A stretch of 64,000 bases of DNA from Methanobacteriota archaeon (GTDB lineage: Archaea; Methanobacteriota; Methanobacteria; Methanobacteriales; Methanobacteriaceae). Below, one piece after another: positions 42,581-53,033 of the stretch. Position numbers and translations under genes: made by a program. The DNA lies in NCBI GenBank assembly GCA_963787255.1, contig CAWBCJ010000029.1, positions 1,022,936-1,086,935 of the forward strand, in the 5' to 3' direction. The notes under the pieces are model-generated. The model was not told where the DNA came from. It worked only from the letters and a program-made list of their open reading frames with translations, and ran no database searches. Position 1 is the stretch's first letter. Every line of letters starts with the position of its first letter.

Positions 42581-44977
42581 TTGTTTATGGTAATATTGAT
42601 CTTTTTCTGTGTTACTTTAATTAATTTAACTGTTCTAAGTGCAGATATACAAGTAAACAATACTTCACAACCTATAGAAGATTTATATAATATAGAGACA
42701 TTGAACAACGTAAATTTAAGTCATAGTGACTTAGAAACTCAAAATAAAGTAAATCAAGAAGAATCTGAAATCGAACTAGGAAATACTCATACTATAGAAA
42801 ATAAAAGTTCATCTGAGAGTTTAAACGTTATGGCTGCAGGCTCAGATAGTACAGAATCCTTCAATATAACTCAAATTAAAGAGGCAGCTTCGAAAGTAAG
42901 AATTAATGTTGAGACTAATCGTACTTTACCCAGTTCTGTGCTGATAGGATCAAGTCAAGTTAGCATGTCACAGTTCCTGGAATTATTAACAACTGCATTA
43001 CTCCAGATTAACAATGGTAATAGTAATCTGATACCGTTAATGGATTTTAGTGCACCAACAAGCCCCATAGAAAACATACACGCAGGTAATCTTCCACGAG
43101 CAGAATTTTTGAAAATTGCAAATGATATTAAAAATTATATGGATAGTAGTGGTAAAACACCGGACTTTGCGTACGGAACAAGTCTAGGAACTTATCTTAG
43201 ATTTGAGAATCTGGTTTATATGTATTCTATGATTTTGGATTATCATCATACTAGTGGTAAGGTGGCTGACTGGGCAGGGATGGAGCCTTGGAGTGTTATA
43301 GTATCTAAACCTATTGTAGATCCCAACGCGCCTAAGTTCAGTGTGGATCAAATTAAAACTGCCGCATCAACTGTAAGAGGTCAAATTGAGTCTAATCATA
43401 AGTTACCGGACAATGTACAAATTGGATCAACCCAGGTTAGTATGTCACAATTCCTGGAACTATTAACTAGTGCTTTACTGCAAATTAACAATGGTAATAG
43501 TAATCTGATACCGTTAATGAATTTTACTGCCCCAACAAGCCCCATAGAAAACATACACGCAGGAAACATCTTTAAAACAGAATACCTAAAAATTGCAAAC
43601 GACATCAAAAACTACATGGACAATACAGGTAAAACACCAGGGTTCGCATACCAAACAAGCCTCGGAACATATTTAAGGTTCGAAAACATGGTCTACATGT
43701 ACAGTATGATCCTGGATTACCATAAAACCAGTGGTAAGGTGGCTGACTGGGCAGGGATGGAGCCTTGGAGTGTTATAGTATCTAAACCTATTGTAGATCC
43801 CAACGCGCCTAAGTTCAGTGTGGATCAAATTAAAACTGCCGCATCAACTGTGAGAACTAATGTTGAGACTAATCGTACTTTACCCAGTTCTGTGCTGATA
43901 GGATCAAGTCAAGTTAGCATGTCACAGTTCCTGGAATTATTAACAACTGCATTACTCCAGATTAACAATGGTAATAGTAATCTGATACCGTTAATGAATT
44001 TCAGCGCCCCTACAAGTCCAATAGATAATATTTATGCGGGTAATCTTCCACGAGCTGAATTTTTAAAGATAGCAAACGATGTCAAAAACTACATGGACAA
44101 TACAGGTAAAACACCTGATTTCGCACACCAGACAAGCCTAGGAACATACCTCGGATTCCAGAACTTAGTTTATATGTACAGTATGATTTTGGATTATCAT
44201 CATACTAGTGGTAAGGTGGCTGATTTTGCTATGATGAAACCATGGTATGCGGTTATGCATCCTCCAAAAATGGAAGTTATCGTAACGGGAACTGGCGGGG
44301 ACATCACTAGAAATAATTTAATAATGCAAAACATTCCTAGAAACCAGTTTATTGATCAAATAATATCATTAGCTAGAAGTGGAACTCCTATGATTACATT
44401 TGGCGATGGAAATGGCCCTAAAGTAATGATTACTGCAGGAGTGCATGGAAATGAGCTACCAGCCCAAATAGCTGTCATGAAGTTAATAAATTATCTTTAT
44501 GGTACGCCAATTAAGGGAACTGTTTATGTAGTGCCTTTTGTGGCCCCTTCAATCACCGCACAGAACACAAGACTATGGAATGGTCAGAACCTAAATAGTA
44601 TAGCTAATGTTGCTGGAACTCCTACAAATCAGATATTGAATCTTGCCAAACAGCTTCATGTTAACGCGCTAGGAGATTTCCACTCTAGTCAACCGGGTGG
44701 GGTTCCAGGTAAAAATAGTGCACTATGTACAAGATCTCCTACATATGGAAGTTATGTTATTGCAGATTATATCAGCCGGCAAACTGGCTCTGCATTAGTG
44801 GCTTATAATGTGGCGGGAGTTGATTATCCTGGAGCACTTGAAGATGTTACTAATTTAGCTGGAATTCCAGCGGTTACATGTGAAGTTTTATCTTCTCATG
44901 GTACTGTGGCAGCTGGAAGTGTAAATATGTCATTTAGTCAATTATCTGCCTTTTTACGCTATCATGGCATAATATAA
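42581..44977 (+). CDS. Secreted pseudomurein-binding-repeat protein with C-terminal M14 (succinylglutamate desuccinylase/aspartoacylase-like) peptidase
   Basis: Signal peptide; three ~159-aa repeats (IK.AAS.V...ETN..LP / EFLKIANDIKNYMD..GKTP.F); C-domain AGVHGNE, GDFHS, AVTCE. Confidence 0.85.
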   Translation: MFMVILIFFCVTLINLTVLSADIQVNNTSQPIEDLYNIETLNNVNLSHSDLETQNKVNQEESEIELGNTHTIENKSSSESLNVMAAGSDSTESFNITQIKEAASKVRINVETNRTLPSSVLIGSSQVSMSQFLELLTTALLQINNGNSNLIPLMDFSAPTSPIENIHAGNLPRAEFLKIANDIKNYMDSSGKTPDFAYGTSLGTYLRFENLVYMYSMILDYHHTSGKVADWAGMEPWSVIVSKPIVDPNAPKFSVDQIKTAASTVRGQIESNHKLPDNVQIGSTQVSMSQFLELLTSALLQINNGNSNLIPLMNFTAPTSPIENIHAGNIFKTEYLKIANDIKNYMDNTGKTPGFAYQTSLGTYLRFENMVYMYSMILDYHKTSGKVADWAGMEPWSVIVSKPIVDPNAPKFSVDQIKTAASTVRTNVETNRTLPSSVLIGSSQVSMSQFLELLTTALLQINNGNSNLIPLMNFSAPTSPIDNIYAGNLPRAEFLKIANDVKNYMDNTGKTPDFAHQTSLGTYLGFQNLVYMYSMILDYHHTSGKVADFAMMKPWYAVMHPPKMEVIVTGTGGDITRNNLIMQNIPRNQFIDQIISLARSGTPMITFGDGNGPKVMITAGVHGNELPAQIAVMKLINYLYGTPIKGTVYVVPFVAPSITAQNTRLWNGQNLNSIANVAGTPTNQILNLAKQLHVNALGDFHSSQPGGVPGKNSALCTRSPTYGSYVIADYISRQTGSALVAYNVAGVDYPGALEDVTNLAGIPAVTCEVLSSHGTVAAGSVNMSFSQLSAFLRYHGII
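42860..44250 (+). repeat. Three ~477-bp intragenic tandem repeats
   Basis: 43253-43374 is identical to 43730-43851 (offset 477); ~42904-43042 is identical to ~43858-43996 (offset 954). Confidence 0.9.
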
Positions 44978-45060
44978 TCAAATTGGAATAGGATGATAAA
45001 CAGAGCTATAAGAAGCTATTAGGGTATAGTGGGATATTTGAAGTGTTTAATCCTATTTTT

Positions 45061-46198
45061 TTATTTTTCAAAGGCGTTAACCACTTCTTTTAACTTTTCT
45101 TTTATGTCAATCATCTGTGGACATGCCATGTCGCATTCTCCACATTCGATGCATCTTGAAGCTTTTTCTTTCGTTTTTAAGTAAGGTCATATAATGCATT
45201 TTAGCGTTTTCAGGGTCATTAAGCATTGTAGCATAGTTATAATGCATGAAACAATCGGGAATGTTTATTCCTTGTGGACAGGGCATGCAGTAGCCGCAAG
45301 CAGTACAATCCACTCCTTTATTTTCGCGGTAAGCTCTTCCCACTTCTTTAATCAAGAATTTGTCATCTTCACTTAATGAATTGGGATAACCTTCCTCTGC
45401 GTATTTAATATCTTCTTTAACTTGTTGTAATGTTGACATGCCGCTTAAGATCATATCTACGTCTTCATGATCCCAAATATATCTAAAAGCCCATTCTGCA
45501 GGCGTTCGAGTAGTCTCAGCCTCATCATAGATAGATTGAATCTCTTCAGGCACGTAATTTGCAAGAACTCCTCCTCTTAGAGGTTCCATTATTACTACGC
45601 CAAGTCCCTGGCTTGATGCATATCTTAAACCTTCTCTACCGGCTTGATAGTTTTCGTCCATGAAGTTGTATTGTATCTGACAGATATCCCAGTCGTAAAT
45701 ATCAACGGTTTCTAGGAAAAATTCCAGATCATCGTGAAAGGAAAAGCCGTTGTATTTAATTATCCCATCAGCTTTTAAATCATCTAAAAACTCTAAAATG
45801 CCTGCTTTTTCGAGTTTTGACCAGTAATTCTTGTTTAGGGAGTGCACCAGATAGAAATCTATTTGTTCTGTTTGAAGTCTCTCCAGCTGTTTGTTTAGAT
45901 AGTATTCGAGGTCTGCCTTTTTATTTATAAGCCAGCTTGGGATTTTGGTGGCCACATTGACTTTTTCACGGTATTCATCGGTTAAATATTTTCCTAGAAA
46001 TGTTTCACTTGCACCGTTGTGATATGGATAACCTGTATCTAGGTAATTCACGCCGTTATTGATTGCGTGGTGAAGCATTTGCGAAGTTTTTTTTTCATCT
46101 ATAGTTCCATAGTCATTTTTAACTTCAGGAAATCGCATGCATCCAAATCCAAGTATTGAGACATCTTCATTAGTTGATCCAAGTTTTCTGTATAACAT
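45061..46198 (-). CDS. Aldo/keto reductase with C-terminal 4Fe-4S domain, frameshift near 45170
   Basis: VSILGFGCMR, YLDTGYPYH.G.SE, GFSFHD, QIQYN, CTACGYCMPCP. A shifted frame gives KASRCIECGECDMACPQMIDI..FEK* ending 45061. Confidence 0.88.
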
Positions 46199-46405
46199 TA
46201 GGTGCGCTCCATTAATTTTTTAAAAATATATTCTATAATATTATTTTTCAAAATATATCTGGGTTTTAAAATTCTATTATGTTAATTTTAGAGTATATTT
46301 TTTTTATTTATAGTGATGTATAATACTTTTAGTGGTTTCAGTAATATTTATATGAATGTAACAACAAAGAACTATGTTAATTAGAAATTAGATGGGGGTT
46401 TTAAA

Positions 46406-46891
46406 ATTTCTAAACTAGTAAATGCAGCTTTTATTGCGGGAATTATTTTTTTTATAGGATGGGGCGTTGCTTTAAACGTTGATCACCTCCCATTGAATAT
46501 GATTCAAGATATTTTTAATAATGATCCAAATAACAGCAATGGAACTCTAAATAATAGTCAATTAAATAATGAGGGGATAGTTCCTCAAGAAAACACTAAT
46601 AATGCAGGGACAAATCAGCAAAATGAAGAAAATGAAATGATTAATGATCAAAATAACGGAGAATGGAGTTCTAATTCTGATATTGGAGAAATCTCAAGTT
46701 CCGAAGCTCAATCAATAGCAGATAATTATATAGAAGAACATGGAGCATCATCAGGCTCTCCAAAAAATGTTAATATTAATGGGGAGGACACTTATGTTGT
46801 TCCTGTAGAATATGAAGGTAAAAATGTTGGAGAAATCCATATTGATCCACAAACTGGGGAAAACGTTGGTGGCGCTGGCGGCGCGCCATAA
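46406..46891 (+). CDS. Secreted PepSY-like domain protein with Asn-rich linker
   Basis: ISSSEAQSIA..YVVPV..VGEIHIDPQTGENVGGAGGAP. The frame extends upstream of 46493 through a signal-peptide-like stretch to ATT 46406 after GGGGG. Confidence 0.7.
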   Translation: MSKLVNAAFIAGIIFFIGWGVALNVDHLPLNMIQDIFNNDPNNSNGTLNNSQLNNEGIVPQENTNNAGTNQQNEENEMINDQNNGEWSSNSDIGEISSSEAQSIADNYIEEHGASSGSPKNVNINGEDTYVVPVEYEGKNVGEIHIDPQTGENVGGAGGAP

Positions 46892-47399
46892 ATTTTTCAT
46901 TTAATATTTTTAATGCAAATATAAATATAAAATTTTTTTTGATATCATATATTCAAATATCATATAAAAAGACTAATTTTAGGCTATTTAAGGCGCGTTT
47001 TATAATTTATTTTAAAAAATACTTTATTCCATATTATCGTTTTTTTTATCATAATTTCTCATATAATTATTTTTTTTTAAATTTTTTATGGTCAATAAAT
47101 CTTTAGACTTTTTATTTTACCTTTAATCAAGAATTAAATCATAAACACAAAGCATAAATAACATAAGATAATATATTTATCCTCAACATAAGATTGAATT
47201 AAATCTAAGATACAAATAACGATTTAGAACTATCAAACTCCAAGATCATTATAATTCCATTAATTCATCCAAAATAATTATTTACAAATTAGGTAACCAT
47301 TTAGATTTAAAGCTTAAATAAAAAATAAATTAATCTTAATTTAAACTATAAAAATCAGTTAATGAGCATTTATTTTCATAAATGTAGGGGGGTTTAAAA

Positions 47400-47843
47400 T
47401 TGGAAACCGAAAAAAGTATAGAAACTAGAACTAATAATGGAATGAAAATCATGGGACAAAAAAAAGACTCTCATGTAATTAAATCAATAGACTACAAATT
47501 AGATGAAATAAGAGAACTAAAAGACCTGCTTGAAAAATCAGAAAAGTTGCAGGAATTTTACACATCCATATTTAAAATGGAAGGCATGAGCAAAGAACTT
47601 CAAGAACTAGGAAACCACAGATTTAAAACTGCAAAATGGTTCAGCCCTAAAAGCGACGAAATAAAGGATCTAGAAAAATTAGAAAGAATATTAGTAAAAT
47701 TTAAGGCAGAATATGCAGATTTAGCCGTAAATATATCTAAAACACTGGAAAAATATAACAGCAACAACAAAAAAGCGCTAGACCTATTTAAAATTAAAAA
47801 TGAACAGTTAATAAACAAAATTGAGATGCTTAACTCCAAATAA
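47400..47843 (+). CDS. Hypothetical coiled-coil protein
   Basis: RBS GGGGGG, TTG start; charged helical 147 aa. Confidence 0.65.
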   Translation: METEKSIETRTNNGMKIMGQKKDSHVIKSIDYKLDEIRELKDLLEKSEKLQEFYTSIFKMEGMSKELQELGNHRFKTAKWFSPKSDEIKDLEKLERILVKFKAEYADLAVNISKTLEKYNSNNKKALDLFKIKNEQLINKIEMLNSK

Positions 47844-47971
47844 AACTTTTCCAGTTATTTTACTTAAGCTTTAAAGAGTCTATTTTCATCAAGTCAGATA
47901 AATAGGCTCTGGATGATTTTAAATTGATTTTTAACCAAGATAGTGTAATCTATCATTGAATTATATTAATT

Positions 47972-48226
47972 TTACTTCATTTCTAATTCTGCAACTTTAA
48001 AAAAGACAGCCCACAGATGCTTACAGATATAACTCCCCGGTTCCTTTTCGCTTCGCCACTGATAATCGTCGCAATCGCACAGCCAAAGATTTTCCTGCAT
48101 GCTTACTTGATAAGTACCTTCCCCCGAGCTCTGCACATTAAAAATCATTAAATCATCCTCCAGTAACTCAATTCCTACGTGGCCCTTTTTATAGAGTTTT
48201 AATCCTTCCTGCATTCTTTTTCCCAT
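47972..48226 (-). CDS. SWIM zinc-finger protein
   Basis: V.SS...YQV..WLCDCDDY..ICKHLWAV (CxC-xn-CxH). Confidence 0.85.
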   Translation of the reverse strand: MGKRMQEGLKLYKKGHVGIELLEDDLMIFNVQSSGEGTYQVSMQENLWLCDCDDYQWRSEKEPGSYICKHLWAVFFKVAELEMK

Positions 48227-48246
48227 AAATCAATCCTCATTTTCAT

Positions 48247-50532
48247 TTAATTATATCTTTCTATTCCCATTAAATCCAGCATCTGATCAAGTATAAAGAG
48301 AGTACCTTCTTTATTCAATGGATTATTATCATTACCGCACTTTGGAGAGTATATACATGCAGGACAGCCCTCCTCGCAGGTGCAGTCCTTAACAAGCTCC
48401 TGTGTCATCCTGGTTATTTCTTCAATCAGGTCAAATGCTTTTTCAGTTAATCCGATACCACCTTCAAATCCATCATAAATGAAAATTGTTGCCATTTTAG
48501 TATCTTCATGATATGGAGTAGAAACTCCACCAATATCAAATCTATCACACATAACGTGGAAAGGAATAATAGCAATCATGGCATGCTCAAGGCCATGAAT
48601 ACCTCCTTCAAATATTTCTTTACCCTCTATGGCACACTTAATTCCATCTTTAAGATTTTCAGGTAATGTAAACCACATTCCCTTGGTTTTAAATTGAATT
48701 GGGGGTAACTTCAGGTTTCTAACGCTTACCACCTTACTTTTCTCAATTACCTTGTACTTGGGATAATATTCGCTGACCTTCAACTCCCCAAAGGAAATTT
48801 TAAGGTTACCCACACTTTTTTCACTGATCTTTTTTAATACCTTAATATCTATATCTTTTTGAACACTTGTATGGCTGTTCACGTCCTTTTTAACCACTTT
48901 TATAGTATTTTTAGCTAAATTAAAGTCGTGCACTATGTAAGTTTCGCCCTTATTAATCAGAACTGCTCCTTGATGCGCTTCACTATAAGCCTGTCTTTTA
49001 TCCATTGTTTCAAGAACCCGGCCTTTATGGTAGACTTTAAAGATTTCAGAAGATATGTTTCCAAGATTAACTTTAAATGGAGGATAATCTGAACCAGAAT
49101 AAACCCATCCAGAACCAGATTTTTCAACTAACTTCTTCTCTTTTAGAGACTTTAAGTGTTCTCCAACATCGCTTTCAAAGTCAATTTTAATCATCTTAGG
49201 ATTTACAGACATTTCTTTTGCAGCACACATTAAATGTCCTGAAATAATGTGGGGATTGGATAAATCAATTATGGCATGTTCATGGGGCTTATCAAAGAAA
49301 ACTTGAGGATGTTTCATGAAATACTGGTCCAGTGGATTTTGAAAGCCAACAAAAGCTACAATGGAATCATCTGTTCCTCTACCTGCTCTACCAGCCTGCT
49401 GCCACGTTGACATTAATGTCCCCGGATAACCGGAAATGATAACGCTGTCCAGGGATCCAATGTCTATTCCTAATTCAAGGGCATTTGTAGCAGTTACCCC
49501 CCTTAAAGTACCTTTTTTAAGTCCTTTTTCTATTTCCCGCCTATCTTCAGCAAGATAACCAGCACGGTAAGCTGAAATTTTACTAGCAAGCTTTTCGTCA
49601 ATTTCTGCAATTTCCTTTTTGGAACGTCTGGCAATCAATTCAGCCATTTTACGAGATGTTGTAAAGCATAGGGTCTGCAAATTATTTAGTAAAAATAATT
49701 GGAACATGTTTTGGGACTCTACGTGAGTAGTGGTCTTCCCAACACCGTCATAATAAGGATTATAGAATATAAAATGTTTTTTACCTTTAGGAGAGCTATC
49801 ATTGGATATTAAGTTGAATTTAAGTCCCACTAATTTTTCGCTGAATTCTTTAGGGTTTGCCAGTGTTGCTGTTGATAATATAAATTGGGGATTAGAACCG
49901 TAATAGTTGCAAATTCTTTGAAATCTTCTAATTAAAAATGCTACATTAGAACCAAAGACGCCCCTGTACTGATGTGCCTCGTCTATAACCACGTATTTAA
50001 GGTTGCTCAGAATTCTTTCCCACTGATGGTGCCATGGAAGAACATTGTGCAATTCGTAGGGATTGGTAACTATTATTCTTGAATTCTTCCTGATTTTCCT
50101 TTTTTTCTCTTTAGTTGTATCTCCATCGTACACTTCAGGATTTAAGTCCATTCCACAGTATTTTTCAAGTTCTTTCATTGAAATAAGCTGGTCGTTAGCA
50201 AGTGCCTTGGCAGGATAAATGTAAAGTGCGGTAGCGTTCTTATCATTGGTTAATTTCTCAAAAATGGGTATATTAAAAGAAAGAGTCTTACCTGAAGCTG
50301 TAGGGGTGGTTATAATAACATTATCTCCTTTTCGCAGGAGATCAATGGCTTCGCACTGGTGTTGGTAAAGTTTTATATTTTTTCGTTTTAAATAATTCTT
50401 TATACACTGTGGTAAAATTGCTTTAGTTTCTCCGTAAACTGCTTTCTGCGGTTTTAAGGTTTCAATGTGTTCTACCCTATTTTTGTACCACTTTCTTGAT
50501 TTTAATGTATTCAGCGTGTCTTTAATCATCAA
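48247..50532 (-). CDS. Hrq1/MrfA-like DEAH helicase with C-terminal DUF1998 zinc domain
   Basis: LYQHQ, TPTASGKT, YPAKALANDQ, DEAH, SAT, TNALELGIDIG, QQAGRAGR, YDGFEGGIG, CTCEEGCPAC..KC. Confidence 0.92.
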   Translation of the reverse strand: MMIKDTLNTLKSRKWYKNRVEHIETLKPQKAVYGETKAILPQCIKNYLKRKNIKLYQHQCEAIDLLRKGDNVIITTPTASGKTLSFNIPIFEKLTNDKNATALYIYPAKALANDQLISMKELEKYCGMDLNPEVYDGDTTKEKKRKIRKNSRIIVTNPYELHNVLPWHHQWERILSNLKYVVIDEAHQYRGVFGSNVAFLIRRFQRICNYYGSNPQFILSTATLANPKEFSEKLVGLKFNLISNDSSPKGKKHFIFYNPYYDGVGKTTTHVESQNMFQLFLLNNLQTLCFTTSRKMAELIARRSKKEIAEIDEKLASKISAYRAGYLAEDRREIEKGLKKGTLRGVTATNALELGIDIGSLDSVIISGYPGTLMSTWQQAGRAGRGTDDSIVAFVGFQNPLDQYFMKHPQVFFDKPHEHAIIDLSNPHIISGHLMCAAKEMSVNPKMIKIDFESDVGEHLKSLKEKKLVEKSGSGWVYSGSDYPPFKVNLGNISSEIFKVYHKGRVLETMDKRQAYSEAHQGAVLINKGETYIVHDFNLAKNTIKVVKKDVNSHTSVQKDIDIKVLKKISEKSVGNLKISFGELKVSEYYPKYKVIEKSKVVSVRNLKLPPIQFKTKGMWFTLPENLKDGIKCAIEGKEIFEGGIHGLEHAMIAIIPFHVMCDRFDIGGVSTPYHEDTKMATIFIYDGFEGGIGLTEKAFDLIEEITRMTQELVKDCTCEEGCPACIYSPKCGNDNNPLNKEGTLFILDQMLDLMGIERYN

Positions 50533-50751
50533 AGATTCCTTTTTTTTCTTATAATCTAAAAAAATAGAAAATTAGGATTTAAGTAAAGAGAGAATTATTT
50601 TTTCACCATAATTAACTGAAATGATTGAGAGTCAGTGCTTTTCTCTATTAAAATCCATACTTTATACTTCTTTTTCCTAATTAAGTAAAAGAAAGATTTA
50701 TAGTTTTCCTTAGACTATAATTAACTGGATTGCATTTTAATCATCTGTTTT

Positions 50752-51525
50752 TTATAATATTAATTCTAAATCCACAGGGCAGTGATCAGAGCCCATAACA
50801 TCATTTAGAATTCCTGCAGACTTTACTTTGTCTTTAAATTCTTCATTTACAAAGAAATAATCAAGTCTCCAGCCTACGTTCCGTTCCCTTGCCTTTGTTC
50901 TATAACTCCACCATGTATACTGGTCAGGCAGGGTATTAAACATTCTTAAGGTGTCTAAATACCCGTTATTAAGGAATTTATCGATCCATGCACGTTCAAC
51001 AGGTAAAAAACCAGAAGTTTTCTCATTAGCTTTTGGTCTTGCAAGATCTATCTCTTTATGTGCTGTGTTTAAGTCTCCACAAATAACTACGTTTTTACCA
51101 TCTGTTTTTAATTGGTTAGCGTGATCAAGTAGGGCATCATAAAATTCAAGTTTATAATTGAGTCTTTCTTCGGACATTTTCCCGTTTGGAAAGTATATGT
51201 TTAAAAGAACGAAGTCTTCATATTCTGCAATTAAAATTCTCCCTTCACTATCAAATTTTTTGATTCCAAATCCATATTCTACTTTTTTTGGTTTTATTTT
51301 AGAGTATATTGCCACTCCACTGTAACCCTTCCTTTCAGCCTCGCAAAAATATGGGTGGTATCCATCAACTCTTTTTAGAGGTTTGGGCAGCTGATCATAG
51401 GAAACTTTTGTTTCTTGAAGGCATAATATGTCGGGATTATCACTTTTAAACCATTTTAGAAATCCTTTTTTATGTATTGCTCTTAGTCCATTTACGTTCC
51501 ATGAAATAATCCTTATTTTCTGCAT
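50752..51525 (-). CDS. xth: Exodeoxyribonuclease III / AP endonuclease (Mth212-like)
   Basis: [54 protein letters not shown]. Confidence 0.96.
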   Translation of the reverse strand: MQKIRIISWNVNGLRAIHKKGFLKWFKSDNPDILCLQETKVSYDQLPKPLKRVDGYHPYFCEAERKGYSGVAIYSKIKPKKVEYGFGIKKFDSEGRILIAEYEDFVLLNIYFPNGKMSEERLNYKLEFYDALLDHANQLKTDGKNVVICGDLNTAHKEIDLARPKANEKTSGFLPVERAWIDKFLNNGYLDTLRMFNTLPDQYTWWSYRTKARERNVGWRLDYFFVNEEFKDKVKSAGILNDVMGSDHCPVDLELIL

Positions 51526-51791
51526 TTTTTCACCGGTTTAGATAGTTATATCTGTCTTTTCATTTATTTATCCTTGATTTACTTTATAGATTTAATGGAT
51601 GTTGTTTTTTTGTTTTGGTGGCTGTATGGATGTGGTATTTTCTCATATAATTTATTATTACGTTTTGTTGATATTTTTAATAAATTATTCATTCTAATTC
51701 TGTACTAATTATGTAATTAAACCAATAACTTTATAGCAAATAAGAAACTAAAATGAGCTATAATAAAAGAATTAATACGGGTGGTTAATAA

Positions 51792-52703
51792 TTGAATAAA
51801 TATTTATTACTTATTCTGGCTTTATTAATAATTACCATTTTCGCATTTGAACCCAAAGATGGCGGAATTGCAGGTATCAGTAACAAACATTTTGAAAACG
51901 GGGAAATTTCTTTCGACTATCCCAATGAATGGAACATAACCAATGGAACCGGATCAGTAATAACCTCTTTCTCGGATACTAATGGATTAAACGTTAAAGT
52001 TTATAAATTTGGATTACCACCAGGTTACGATTTAGCAACACGACTCCAATCAGATACTACCGGAACATTTGGTAAGAATTTCCAGCTTATATCTCAAAAA
52101 AATACTACTGTTAATGGAACAACAGCTTACGAAAAGGATTATACAATTAATGGAACCCAACAGAGAAAAGAAGTATGGATTCAAAAAAATAACATTTTAT
52201 ACAGTATAATTTTAACTGCTCCTAATGGAATGAATGTTAATTTAGATTCAGTGGTAAACAGTATAAAAATCAATGAATCTGATGATGGCCCAAAATACAG
52301 AGGCTGGGCTCAAATTGTATTTCCAGAATTCAATCAAAAATGGATTTTCAGTTCATATTCATTAAATGATGCAGGTGCTGTTAAACATTTATCCACCTTT
52401 TTCCCTGGAGATAAAGGGCAAATGGCATTAGTAGGACATCATACTACTCATCATGCCCCATTCCTTTACATAAAAAACCTTAAACCAGGAAATCAAATAA
52501 TAATAAACGATTATTTAACACAAAAGAAATATACTTACGTGGTTACTGGAAATGAAATCAGAATGGGCGTTAAAGCTGTAGACATAAACTACCAGGAAAC
52601 TGCGGTTCCAGAACTATGGTTGATTACATGCTGGCCTCCAGGATACTCAAGAGGCGCATTTATTGTCCACTCTAAACTAGAATCAATAGAACCATTAACT
52701 TAA
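51792..52703 (+). CDS. Sortase with N-terminal PsbP-like domain
   Basis: Signal/TM; ISFDYPNEW..NTTVNG..AYE..WIQKNNILY (PsbP-like); PGDKGQMALVGHHT..F..LKPG..LITCWPPG (sortase His/Cys). Confidence 0.82.
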   Translation: MNKYLLLILALLIITIFAFEPKDGGIAGISNKHFENGEISFDYPNEWNITNGTGSVITSFSDTNGLNVKVYKFGLPPGYDLATRLQSDTTGTFGKNFQLISQKNTTVNGTTAYEKDYTINGTQQRKEVWIQKNNILYSIILTAPNGMNVNLDSVVNSIKINESDDGPKYRGWAQIVFPEFNQKWIFSSYSLNDAGAVKHLSTFFPGDKGQMALVGHHTTHHAPFLYIKNLKPGNQIIINDYLTQKKYTYVVTGNEIRMGVKAVDINYQETAVPELWLITCWPPGYSRGAFIVHSKLESIEPLT

Positions 52704-52824
52704 CAAATAAGTATAAATCTATGGATATCAGATTAGATACAGAAAAAAAACAAATAGATAAAAAAAATAGGATGATGATTAAAATTAGTTTATCATCATA
52801 CTTTTTACTTTCAAAGGTGATTTA

Positions 52825-53019
52825 ATGGTAGATACACCAGTTAGCGGATTTATAATCTATTCTCACGTAATTCCAGCAATACTTGGATTTTTCGGCATAC
52901 TTCTTATTGCAAACGGTATCATGGATAGAAAGACACAATATACAATTGGAGGAGTTGCGCTCTTCTTTGCAGCAGGAATTTTGCCTTTCTTGGCACTGCC
53001 TTTAATATTGGGAATTTAA
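52825..53019 (+). CDS. Small two-TM membrane protein
   Basis: RBS AGGTGA; 64 aa hydrophobic; NGIMD loop. Confidence 0.75.
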   Translation: MVDTPVSGFIIYSHVIPAILGFFGILLIANGIMDRKTQYTIGGVALFFAAGILPFLALPLILGI

Positions 53020-53033
53020 TTATTTTTTTTATT

